DNA of 57,776 bases, filler included, from Sphacelaria rigidula (taxonomy: Eukaryota), in NCBI GenBank assembly GCA_964200075.2. It is 5 parts of 5 records of this genome, joined end to end, with 100 filler letters (N's around TTAATTAATTAA, not from the genome) between each part and the next. Parts side by side here need not be neighbours in the genome. Positions count along the whole stretch, not along the records: positions 34,730 to 46,203 come from CAXNAA020004883.1; positions 46,304 to 57,776 come from CAXNAA020004884.1; 3 more parts are not named here. One strand, given 5' to 3'. The notes under the pieces are model-generated. The model made no database searches. It was not told where the DNA came from and saw nothing but the letters and a program-made list of their open reading frames with translations. How positions within the stretch are numbered: the stretch's first letter is position 1; every line of letters begins with the position of its first letter. This document shows, piece after piece, positions 37,470-49,235 of the stretch. Position numbers and translations under genes: made by a program.

Positions 37470-39030
37470 ACAAGAATTTACTGGACACGCAAACCTCGTG
37501 CCGGGCTCGAGAGTTAGGACACGAAATTTTAAACACTGCTGCCGAAGGTGACTCTGGGTCACCAGCATTTTGTCGGCCGGCGTTTTGTTCGATATCATCG
37601 GTTTCTTGGGGTCTACGGTCAATTTTTGGCAGCTTGGGACCCCTCCAAAACGGTGAGATAGAACGAAACGCCGACCAATACGACACTGGCGACCTTGGGC
37701 TTACCTTTAGGAGCACGCCGGCAGAATTTCGTGTGCTGGATTTCAAAGCCTGCCTGAGTTTGGTGCCCACGTAAAATTTTTGCAAGAGTCCGGGGTTGGT
37801 GGGCAATTCCGACGGCTCGTGACCCCGAGAAACCGGTTAAATCGACCGAAACGCCGACAGTTTCAACACTGGCAACCTCAGGCGCATGCTGAAAAACGTG
37901 TGGATAAAATGAGGTCTTCCTACTCTCAAACCTGGGGTGAGGTTTGGAGAAAACGTGCAAATGTTCCGAAAATCCGGGGTAGCCAGGCACCAACAGAGGC
38001 TCATGACCCCCAAGGAACGGTCAAATCGACCAGAACGCCCCCCAACTCGACACTAGCTACCTCAGACCTATCTTGAGGTGCACATACATGAAATTTCGCC
38101 TCCCATTTTTTTTGCTTTCGTTTGGGTATGAATGCATGTGCTTTTTGCGCAAGACCTTTTTCCCACCTGAAGCGACGTTGTAGAGAGGGCGCCGGCCATT
38201 TTCCAACATTTTTGTTGTTGTCTTCGTCTCTGTTTATTTGCTCGTTTGCCTTTTTAGTCTACTCTGTTCGTCTGCTCTATCTTTCTCTTTTCAAACCTCT
38301 TCTTCAGCGAATGCTTCCGTTTTGTTTTCTAACCTTGGATACGTCCATCTCACACACCTTGGACAACAACAAAAAGGTCGTACACCGTGAAAAAGTGTAC
38401 TGCGTACAGTAAGGAATCTATTACCTCTCGCAGTAGACGTAATGATCGATACTGTGCGCAGTACATTTTTTTATAGTGTGATCCATTGTCATTATCCAGC
38501 AGGGTGTGCTACCTTGCAACCACGGTTGGGTCCCTCGGGGATAAGGTAATGTGCGACAACGCAATCCAATCAATAAAAAAATTCAACTCTCGAACCTGGT
38601 GAGAGGTTCTGAGCAAGCGTGAAATCATTTCTAGAATATGGATTTCCTGCAGCTGATTATCCCGATAAACTGATTATGCCGACCGAAGCAACCACCACTT
38701 AGACACCAGAAACATCGGGCTTGCCTCCAGCATCGCGTACGTGATATTTCGTCTCCCAACTCTCGAACCCGGCGCGAGCTCTTGAGCCAACGCGAAATTG
38801 TTCCGAGAATATGGACTGTGGAGTCTCACGAGCCTAGGAATCCCGTGAAACCGATCTAAAATCCAACCACCCAGACACTGGCGATGTCGGGCTTGCCTTC
38901 AGTTACACGTGCGTAACATCTCGTCTTCGAACTCTCGAAACCGTCACGAGGTTTTCAAGCAAACGTGGATCTGTTCCGAGAATCTGGACTTCGGCAGCTT
39001 ATGGCCCCAATAAACCCGTCAAACCACGCG
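37470..39030. mobile_element. Intronic element with ~173-bp degenerate subterminal repeats
   Basis: aactctcgaa...agaat(a/c)tgga units at ~38585, 38758 and 38931; an inverted copy of the motif lies at ~37490-37530. Confidence 0.5.
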
Positions 39031-40059
39031 CAAAAATAAGGTGTAGCAGACAGCGATCAGTTTGACCTTTACTCAGGAGCATCTGTGCTAAATTTATTTC
39101 ACTGAATCTCACGAATGACCGAGAAATGGAAGGAGAAGGAGAAATGTTCCCAAGATTGTGGACCAGATCATATTGTTGCGGAGAGCAAGTCGCACTATTC
39201 CGGCCGTCAGCGATACTTGTAGTATGTATGCCTCATCCCCTCTTTCCTCATCTCAGGATGTCTTCTCAGCTTTGATGTAAGGTACGAATCGAGCTTCATC
39301 CTCACCGCGGCTTTACGGTGGATGCACACGATTGCTCGCATTCGGTGCAAAAGCATCTACGACAACACGACCCCAGAACAGCGGCGTAACTGATTCACGA
39401 ATATTCACCTACACTAATTCCTAGATATTTTGAGACCCCTGCTTTGCACGCCGCTAGCGCCCAACCATGGGTCGGCACTGAAGGCACGGACCGCACCATG
39501 TGTCCCACTCCACCCGCTTCGCTTGTGTGGAGAAATTGTTTCCCGATAACATTTTGTGTTTCTTCCGTTAATCAGCCTGTGTTTTAAAGAGACGGACGAA
39601 ACGCATCGAGGAACGCACCGAACTCCTACACTCTTTAGCAACTTTCGGACGCCCGCAAGTTGGTTTTCCTCTCTGGGAGGCTTCAGTCTTACCCGCGAAT
39701 AAACCTACACTCTAACAACAGGGTAGTGGGTGGGGGGTGGGGGGGGGGGGGGGTGGCCATACATTCCAGCCCACGGAACTTTCTGAATACCGAGAGATTT
39801 TTGGGAAAAGTAATGTTAGACCGTGGTGCTGACCGCACGTACGATCTTGGTGATATTTTACCTCACCACTCCGTCCTCTCAAGGACGCGTAGTCAGTGGT
39901 TCAACAGCAGTTGATCATTAATGCGCCCTGCTTTGCTTGGCCACAGAACATTATCCTAGGGAAAGCGCTTGGTACTCTCGAGTACGGATGCTCATCGGTT
40001 CAAACAGCTAGGGCGGACATACGCGACCCTCCCCCTCCCTTCTCCCCTAATTACTTTCA

Positions 40060-40575
40060 AGGGTTGGCGCCGGTTGGCAACGACGCTGTCAACACGCCAC
40101 TCACAGCGTAAGTAAGGCAATCAGGATGCCGTTTTTTCTTCGCTTGCGTTTTTTGCGGTAACCATGATGGTGGTCGACATAGATCATTTTGTGCGGAGTG
40201 GGAGAACCTCCACTCCGTGCGAAGGGGATTATTGTACTACGTAGTGTTTATATGGTGAGACACCCATGAGGCACTGCGGAACCCATGGCTGTCTCTGGAA
40301 GTGGCGATACCAGAAAATGAAGCTACTCATTCGAGGCTGCAATCCATATGTAAGATTTTCGGTACGCTTCACTCCGAACAATCTTAGCAGGATGCAGCTC
40401 ACCCTTCATGTGACTCGCCGAACACACCACGGCGCTTCGCGCTCGGTGATTGATTGCGAGTCTGATCCGGCGAAAAAGCCCGGCGTGCTCCGTCCCGACT
40501 TTGAAGGAATGCGAGCTCAAAAGCCTTATGACTACAGTATGCCGTATCATGAGTACACTCCTGCCCTCCCCTCCC
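40060..40575 (-). mobile_element. ~520-bp element ending in ATCATGAGTACAC plus C-run (GTACTCAT family), copy A
   Basis: Colinear with 55410-55927. Confidence 0.75.
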
Positions 40576-40617
40576 AGTCCCTCAACCGCGCTGCCTGCTC
40601 CCTGAGTAAGAACAAAC

Positions 40618-40951
40618 CTTGGTCGGCACGAACGAGACTTCCATCGTCAGTGCAGGGACGGTATAACCCCTCTCATACGCGTCCTTGACGACCTTAATGA
40701 ACGCTTTAAGCCCCTCTGCGTAGTTGTTGGACGAGGCCGCCATGACAAACGTGCTCTCTACTAGCGCCGCCAGCGACTTGGGCTCCTCCTCGCCGCCCTC
40801 AACTCCACCTCCTTCGCCTTGGATGTCACCATCACCGCCCAGATCGCTTTCTCCCCCGTCATGTCCGTCCTCGCTGCTACTGCTGCTGCTACCGTCACTC
40901 GCGCCGGGGGCGCCGTCCGCGCTCAACACCAATAATCGGCCTCGAGCTGTT
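40618..40951 (-). CDS. Internal exon (first seen) of a hypothetical, possibly plastid-targeted protein
   Basis: aaatacag|...AAG|gtttgt; ...KSLAALVESTFVMAASSNNYAEGLKAFIKVVKDAYERGYTVPALTMEVSFVPTK splices in phase 0 to TAGRDL. Confidence 0.8.
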
Positions 40952-42149
40952 CTGTATTTTGCAGAGAACACAAAAATACTAGAGTCTGTCCCTCGTACGC
41001 ACCACTTCGTCCTTTTACATTCCATATTCACGCTTAAACCTTAAATGTGCCCGTGACCCGATCAAGCAATACGACTACTTCTACTGTAAAGATCCCAAAA
41101 TGACTGCCACGCGTTCCGCTAACCCTTCGAGCATCCACAGCCGATTACTTAGAGGAATAGGCTTCCGTTGGTCCAGCCGGAAATCGGAAGATGGCAGTAG
41201 CGTGGGCGTACCGTACATGACCGCCAGTTGGCTGGGTGGGCGCTAAATCAATCTTCTCGGAGTTTGAGGTCTGTAATATGGTTGAGCGCGCCGGGGGGGG
41301 GGGTGTCCTCATGATCTTGCATGCCGAAGTCACACTCGTATGACCGTTCACCACGTATCCGACAAAGCTGGGACGGAGCAGGGGGGGGATACGTAGTTCT
41401 CACATGTCCTCAATACTACAAGCTCTCACTTGAGCAGTAGCTCTTCATGACGGGGACAGGCTCACTGCAAGTTCCACGCGTATTACTTGTGTATGTGACG
41501 TGTGCTCGTTCTGCTCAATTGGGTGCCGGGTCTTGGGTCTTGGGTGTTAGGTGGAGGGGAAATCAACCGCAAACCTCAGGCACAAAATGAAAACACGGCC
41601 CAGCAATACCCACATTTGCCACCGACAAAATGTACACCCTCCACCAAACACGCAACGTGGTTCACAGCCGGTCAGCAGCAGCTGAGTTTATTGACCACAC
41701 ACATGTGCTATGATTGTCACGACCACCCACTACTGTACTGCTGAGATGGGTTCACCGTCGCCCTGAGGCGGTAAGGGGCTGCTGATCGTGGGTTACCAAC
41801 GACGAACTTGAAACGCGCGCCTTCTGCGTCGCAACGCACAACGGGCAACCAACAGCCTCGCGGGTCCAATCCCCCTGCTTACATGTAGGTGTTTCCTGTT
41901 TAAACACAATATTTCAACTTTCGGAGAGAAAAAATAGCCTACTGGCGCATGGCCGCCCAAAGAGTCAATGAAAGGCCGCTTCCTTCCTCTTGTTCGGCCG
42001 GGAGTTCAGAATATAGTAGTTGTTTTTGATGGAGAGACACGCCTACATGTGAAATGTCGTAGCCATGCAAACGCCGCGCATCAGGGGTACTCATAGAGCA
42101 TCGGCCGCGGTTAGCAGCAAAACTATCCCGTCATCAGTGGTGGCTGTCT

Positions 42150-42434
42150 CAGTTCGGCTACAATCTACCCATGGTTGACAAACTTTACGAATAACACTAA
42201 CCCCAGCCCAAGACACACCGATACGCCTCGGGCAAGGGGGGTGCAAAGCGTTCTCCTAGTAAAAGTGTGTGCGTTGGCAGACGTCAAATCGGCGCCGCAG
42301 GTGTCGATTCGAACCAAAACGCATTTTGCTCACGCTAGGACCACTCGGGATTGTCAGCCCCACTGAAAATCCGAATCTTGGTGTCCACACGCAAGTCACG
42401 CAATGTCAACCATGGGTTGATTGTAGCCGCACTG
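42150..42434 (+). mobile_element. MITE sharing its internal core with the telomeric-tract element but with different TIRs
   Basis: TIR cagttcggctacaatctacccatggttgaca / tgtcaaccatgggttgattgtagccgcactg; core ctaacccc...cctcgggcaagggggtgca...aaagtgtg...tcaaatcg matches 13600-13725. Confidence 0.75.
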
Positions 42435-43496
42435 GCGATGAACTCTACGAGTACGGCATCTCTACGACAGCAAAATGTTGAAATACTATAGTAAAGTACG
42501 GAAGCCTTCATCCCGCCAATTTAGGCACAGGCGTATGTTTAGGCAAAATTCACCTCTGTTGCCGAACGGCGAATTCAATCTCTGCTGTGTTGTGTTGAAC
42601 AAGGAAAGTGCGCAGCTATTTACAACAAAGAGGGGGGGGAGGTAAGTGGCAAAGACTGCAGATAGGGAAAGCACCCCGTTATGTGTGTATGTCTATGAAT
42701 GGTCAAAACGTGAAAGGGATTTAAGTTTCTCATCTGATATCGATAGGATACGGATAGTGCCAGGATCAGTGGTGTGTTTTTCGCTTTGTCGTTGAAAACC
42801 TCCACGCACCCCAGACCGGCCGCGCGATACTTGATACTTGCGGCACTACTACGACGTGCGTCAGCCGTGGCTTACCACCAGTGTCTATGAACCGCCAGAA
42901 CGTAGAATATAGCTCCACCTCCAGGTACGTCGGCGATACCGGGTGATCTGTAGTGGGACTCAAAGGATCATGCCACCAGTTGGAACATTCAAAATCGTCA
43001 CCCTGCCAGTCTTCAGGCCTGTTGCCCGACCATTTTTTTCGTGGAACAACGCGTAGCTGATCGGGGAAGCATGCGCTGGCGGTCGGGAAACTTTCACACC
43101 CCTTCGGTCCAAAACATCGGAACCCTTGGACTGTCGGCCAGATAAAGTGTTCCGAAACGATTCTTGAGGCCAAGTGGTTGAGGATTCGTTTTTTTGGTGT
43201 GTTGTCAAGTACCGGCGTCACCGTGTCACACTTCTGCCCACTGCCACTGAGATACTTTCGTTTTGGAGGTTCAAACACTGCCGACCATCGTCCAGATTTT
43301 CGAGTGCGATGTCGGACACTGTGCAACCAGCGCAACGATACCGTCGTCCATTTGCCCGAGGACATGGCTGAGTAAACGACTGTGTTATCTGGGTCCACGA
43401 GATGGCCACTCGACCGAGAAGTGGGCTGTCTCAAGGATCGCACGTTCGTTTTACGGTACGGTGCAATGTTACGATGTACAGTACAACAGAACAGTA

Positions 43497-43703
43497 CTGT
43501 AATGCGTGAGAGGACCGCGTGCTTAGAGGACCGCGCCGTAATTCAAAACACTTCAGGATCGACGTTTTTCAAAAGCAACCAGGCCGGTCCCTGCAGGTAC
43601 CACGCCCCTGACCCTAACCCTAACCCTAACCCTAACCCTAGCCATCGGGATGTTCAAATTCCGATGCAGTCCTCTAAGCACGCGGTCCTCTCATGCATTA
43701 CAG
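43497..43703 (+). mobile_element. MITE with internal (CCCTAA)4-5 tract
   Basis: TIR ctgtaatgcgtgagaggaccgcgtgcttagaggac / gtcctctaagcacgcggtcctctcatgcattacag; tract at 43606-43641. Confidence 0.8.
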
Positions 43704-46203
43704 CACAGTAATTCAGCATGCTGGGCGATACGACTCGCAATCCAGGAACTTGGACGTTGGATACGCCCTTGTAGATACGCAGTAGGGCACACTACAGCAC
43801 AATACAGTCCAGCTTTGGGTACCGTTGCTCGACCCTGATTGCACTCCACCGTTCGATATGACAAAGCTACACCGCCCTAAAATAGTACACTGGCCTCAGG
43901 AGAACCTACCTGCAGCGTGACGCTGGCTTCTCGGCTGGAGCTGTTGCGGGAGGGTAAGGGATGCGTGTCGATGAGAATGCTGGTACCATTCGTGCCTGTG
44001 GCACGAAGAATCCGAGCACGCCACCATTGAGGTGCGTAAGAAGCAACGAGCATGCCAGTGTTACCGCAAGCGAACACTTTGCGCACGCCATGCTGCCGCA
44101 CAGCTTCCACCCCAATCTGTGTTGACACGTTTGTGCGCTGGTCCCTGGCGACACATGTACTCGTTTTTCTTTTCGTTTTTCATTTTAATACTCGTCTCGT
44201 AGTCATACCCGTACCAGAAATATATGAACCCCAAACGTAGACGATAACAAGGCCGACACACTGCTTCTAGCTGTAAGCATGCCCTGCAATGGGTAGCTGT
44301 AGGCGATCGCTATCTCTATGCTTGAAGAAAGAAAGGAAATGCCAATCTTAAGGCAGTATCGATTGGACTTTCCGCTCCTACTTGTCAATGGGCTATGACT
44401 CTGGTACGCACTATTGTGGGTTTGCTCAATGTAAATGACGACAACAGTTCATCAACAGGAAACAGTCACAAGCTGTACCTTTAGCAGGCGCAGGGGTTCT
44501 GTCATGTTGTGTGAGCATCTCTGCGGTCGTGTTCCACGAGGCATGGGCATAGCTGGAGTAATGAGATTCATGGCGTTTGCGATGTTGACCTTCATTCATC
44601 CTCCACCCCTATTAGAAGCAGCTGGTCTCGATGAGCACGATTCATTGAAGGTGAGAGTATTTCCTGTACAACTGTTCTTCCTACCAAGGGGTAGGACAGG
44701 ACTAAGAGTAACCACCTGTACAGGAAGAGTACCGTGCTAAACCATACAGTACCAAACTGCCGTGCTGTGGGTCGATGCGCCCATTTGCTTCCCATTTGTG
44801 GTGCAATGTGGGTTGTGTCGCTGTACCGAGAACTCAAGTTTGTATTCATCCATCTTCGCCTTATTTTCTTCGTTCCTTCATGTTCACAGCCGTACATGTC
44901 GGAACCTGTCGATGGGAGGTGGGATCCAAGCAGCGTAAAGTGACGGAATATATCACCCCCAACAATAGGCTTCCAAACGATATCTTCGGGGAGCAAGACC
45001 ATGCGCTCACGAGGGATAACTCTGTACCTATCAACCTTTGCCGAAACAACTTTCGGCGATCTACTCGCTATTGTTTGCGTAAAAATTGAGGCCGGCGAAA
45101 ATGATCACCCGATGGGTGCCGCTGTGTGTACTCCGTCACCTCCAGCGAGTATTTTTTCAGCAGCTGGGGCACACAGTACAGTTGAGTCGGTATCTTAGCA
45201 GACAGTTGAGTCGGCATTGTAAAGACAGTTGTAGACCCGGTGTCATCTCGGGCGTGTAAGTGCGCTGCCCGAGTCATCGGCACAGGAGCAATTCAGTATG
45301 TGAACACGTTCATTCCGTACGAGCAATATATTATGCCGTTGTCATATGGTACTATTAATAGCGTTCACCAGGACGAACCCTCTCCCTGAAGCGCCAGTCT
45401 ACAAGCAGGTAAACTTCACTGGCTCGACTGACTGTACTCCGGCAAGTTCCTCTCGACGCCTCATACGATATCATGTCGCACACGCCAGAAAAAATGTGGA
45501 TGGAGGTCGCTTGGGCAAGTCTTGCTCTGAGGGTATGCCACACCCTGGACAATATATGGTCAAACGTTGCAAGGGTCGGACGAATCAATGATATTCGTAC
45601 CGTACGAATCAATCCTGAGGCTTTGTTTTCAGTGTTGAAACCCGGGTAAGCGCAGCCCAGGCAGGTGGTGGAGTGGCGCAAATATAGCGTAGAGACTTTT
45701 TCGACCAGCGGTCAATTTTTTTCTCTCTTTCCAGCGACCAGGCCTGAAAAATCGTGGATTTGGTGATTCGAACCGGCGATGATTTGTCCGACCCGTGAAA
45801 AGTTGCAATAGAGAACATCGTACTATGAAAGTATGGGCCTACCGACAAAATAATTCAATATTAGTAGTTGGAATAGGCCGATACTTCACCCAGTACAAGT
45901 GTTATCTCTTCCAACTTTCGACCATGCACATATATTTTTCACCGTGTGGCATATGCCCTTCCACACCCATCTCGTTGTGTCGCCTCCAGAGGATTGAATA
46001 AGGAGGACCTCACCCATGGTCCGTACCTTGTGTCGCTTCACGTACCGAACGACACCTGTCTGTAAATCAAGTTGGGGTGTAAACGCATGACATCTACTAT
46101 TGCACTAGTACGAGAAACCTTGGTGATGTAACAAGGGGCCTTGATCGACAAACAGAACGCCCTCGGGTTCACGTCTTGAGTACCCAGCCCTCTCTAGCAT
46201 TGC

Positions 46204-46303
46204 NNNNNNNNNNNNNNNNNNNNNNNNNNNNNNNNNNNNNNNNNNNNTTAATTAATTAANNNNNNNNNNNNNNNNNNNNNNNNNNNNNNNNNNNNNNNNN
46301 NNN
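46204..46303. other. Artificial contig linker
   Basis: N44-TTAATTAATTAA-N44. Confidence 0.98.
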
Positions 46304-48082
46304 AGACCACGGCTGGACCCCTGGGGGGTCAGTTAAAGTGCGACAATCCACCAATCAATCAAATCTAAGGTGGGTACAATATGACAGCTGTTCGAAGAGT
46401 CATGCGTCTCGTTTGTAGTGCGGTTGTCGTGAAACAGATGCGAACTGTACGACGTCGGCCTGGTATGGTCGACGCCCAATCGGGAAAGATGCTCAAACGT
46501 GAAACGGAGCTTCCGCCACGCCCCAGCATACATGGGATAGGAGAAGCTGCTTCTGTGCGGGGAAAACTCCTTGTGCTTCTTTTCTTCTATTCCCAAAAAG
46601 GGATGAAAGGGAAGCGGCCTGCTTCAAGAACCAGGATATTGGGTGAAAATCCCCGCTTTCCGTCTTTGTTGAACGGCAGCGTGGAACTCTTTACTTCTCA
46701 TTCCGTTGATGAAAAAATCGGGCGGCTGTCGTTCTCGCGGCAATGGGGCACTTTAGTGATTGTGGTGTGCGCGGACGACGTCGGACCCCGTATACACAAC
46801 GCCTGCCAGACACAAGGCGGGTCCATTTTTGGTTCAAATATGTTGTCGCGGGACGAAGGTCGCCGATATCGGTTCGTTCGGTCAAGGCCCGGGCAGCAGT
46901 GAGTAGGTAGGATATGTTTTTTATTTTCTTCTCCCAGCGCTTGTCCTGTTCTTTTCCCCCAGCCTCTAGAGAGGCCTTCAGAGTGTCTTTTCATTTTCTC
47001 GCGAAAAATGTGTATTTCTGATGACGAACAGACGGTATACATGAAGATATGTATGTGTAGATGAAGATCTGTGTGTGTATATATATATATATATATGTGT
47101 GTGTCTGTTCATACTTTCAACCTCTGCTCCCTCCCTCTGTCCCCTACTACCATACCTTCCTCACAGTTTGTTGTCATCGTTTGGACCCGCACTCCCACAG
47201 TCTGTCGTCCAATCTTCTTTTGACAGAAAAAATATCTAACCGTCCGGGTCCACCTTCCAGTGAGACAGACCATCGGGACACGCGGCCGCACGCTTTTTGT
47301 ATCGACAGTACACATAAAAATATAACCGGTATATATACATATATATATATATATATATACACGTGCATGTACACATCCACACTGGATATTTTTCTCTCAT
47401 CACTTGCATTGAACGATCGATACAACGATACTCGAAATTTTCCTTGCAATGCTGGGCGAGTCGGCGGGTAGTAGTCAAATCTCGGAGCCGCCCTGTATCT
47501 GTGTTTGACGTGGGATTCCCAGTGATGTACCTTGATTAAGAAAAAGTGTATACTCATTACCGCAGAAGACGAGCTAAACCTTTTTGGAGTTTAGGGTAAG
47601 GCGGGGGAAATCACATCTCACGAAAAACGTGTACCCCCTGGAATTTTGCTGCATCGAAGAATTAGCAAAAAAAACAAAACCAGAGCAATCCTGAGCAGCG
47701 AAGGGATTTCCCCCGCCGTAGGAATGTATACGTCTCTCTGATACAAAAAAATTAACAAATGAATTAAGGAATTTACAAATTCATAATTCAACCCGAAGTT
47801 TAGAAAGTTTTTTTTTTTAATTAGAAAAAACGAGTTGTGAAATAACAAATTGTGAATTTTCATCTAACACGCAAAGTATTTCTTTAAGACCCGAAAAATT
47901 TAATGATGAAGTTATTTCGATTGGCCAAGCTATTTATTTATAAAGAAATTAATTATTTCATCTCAAAATTTTCTGCATGAATTATACAGTTTACTTTCTG
48001 ATTTTTATCTGAATCCTAATCAGGATAAAGAAACGACTTTAGATTTTGAGCCTTCAAGTTTAGAATCAGAAAAAAAATTGAA

Positions 48083-48226
48083 TTATTGATCATATTCTAA
48101 AAGTATTTTATAACGGTTTATAAGAATAATACTTTTGTTCTTTTTCAACATTAATTTATTACTAGAATCTGATATTGATTCTAATGCATCAATATCAAGA
48201 CCCGAATCCGTTTCATCTAGAATACA
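48083..48226 (-). pseudogene. sufC: Plastid SufC (ycf16) ABC ATPase fragment
   Basis: CILDETDSGLDIDALESISDSSNKLMLKKNKSIILINRYKILLEY* contains the SufC Walker B/D-loop LDETDSGLDIDAL and an eroded ITHYQRLL motif. Confidence 0.9.
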
Positions 48227-48820
48227 GATGAAAAAAAAATTAAACTTTTCATAAAATTCTGATATTAATCACAAAATTTTGAGAAAAAGTGATGATTTTT
48301 GTTTTTCATGTTATTATAAGTTTTTTTTATCGAATTATTCTTTATAGGAACATTATTCACAAAACAAGTATTCAAAACAAATTCTAAATAAATTTTAAAA
48401 GTATCAATAATCCTTCTTCATTTTTATTGATTAACGTCAAAATTTCTCTATAAGTATTCCAAATTGTTCTAGTGTGACGAAATAAATTTATCATTAATTA
48501 TTTTATTTTACTTCATTTTGATTTTTAAAAGTTAAAAAATATAAATATAAATTTATATAATTTGTTAAATTGATTTATTTGTTTGTAAAAATAACAGCGA
48601 CGAGAAAATTTTAAAGTTGGTACTTGTTGAATAATTGTACAACAAGTTTATGATAGTCTGGAATATTATTTAATGATTCGTTTACAAAAGTAAAAGATAG
48701 TCTAGAATTTTCATTGTATAAAAACTATGAAAAACTATTATACATTCAAAATTATTTGGGGAAAAAGTTATAATCGTTAAAAAAATACAAATATTGGAAA
48801 TAATTATAAAAGGAATAAAC

Positions 48821-48910
48821 AATGATTTTTGCGGAAAGTTTATTACGGTATCCAAATATTTTTAATTTCTTCCATAATTGGTTTGATTTTAATTTTAGTT
48901 AATCCTTTAA
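48821..48910 (+). pseudogene. ycf33: Plastid ycf33 5' fragment, frameshifted
   Basis: Reading across frameshifts gives NDFWESLLRYP..FLISSIIGLILILVNPL, matching the Ycf33 N-terminus FWENVLRYPRFFISSxxGLIL. Confidence 0.7.
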
Positions 48911-48919
48911 TTATATATT

Positions 48920-49046
48920 ATTTTTAAAGTTTTAAACAATATATTTTTTGTTGTAAATGTTTCAACAATGATGTATAAGAATTATTCTTAATACGACTTG
49001 TTTTATTGATTTTAATGCGCTTTTTTGATGATCGATTATTTGCCAT
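48920..49046 (-). pseudogene. rps20: Plastid ribosomal protein S20 5' fragment
   Basis: MANNRSSKKRIKINKTSRIKNNSYTSLLK, then a frameshift and stop. Confidence 0.85.
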
Positions 49047-49105
49047 TCGTACTTATCCCAAATATAAAATTATATTAAATATTATGACGTACAAAAAAAA
49101 AGATT

Positions 49106-49235
49106 TTTGATTTTGATGACGTTTCATTGATCGGAACTGAAAAAACGGGAGGATTATTTGATTTTGATGGTACATTACCCGTAATTGTATTACAATTTTT
49201 TATTTTAATGGTTCTTTCGAATTTTATATTAGTTA
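49106..49235 (+). pseudogene. atpG: Plastid ATP synthase CF0 b' subunit 5' fragment
   Basis: SLIGTEKTGGLFDFDGTLPVIVLQFFILMVLSNFIL matches the AtpG signature GGLFDFxxTLPxxxxQF. Confidence 0.88.

Noticed and set aside
43606-43641. True telomere or chromosome end
   Set aside because: Only 4-6 units, internal, and enclosed by TIRs.
45068-45283. Gypsy integrase zinc-finger-like segment (LYCVPQLLKK...HPSGDHF)
   Set aside because: Spacing is wrong and no RT, RNase H or DDE motifs were found nearby.
47618-47863. atpF N-terminus in the NUPT (NFGLNYEF...)
   Set aside because: Similarity is too weak and the ORF crosses the NUPT boundary.
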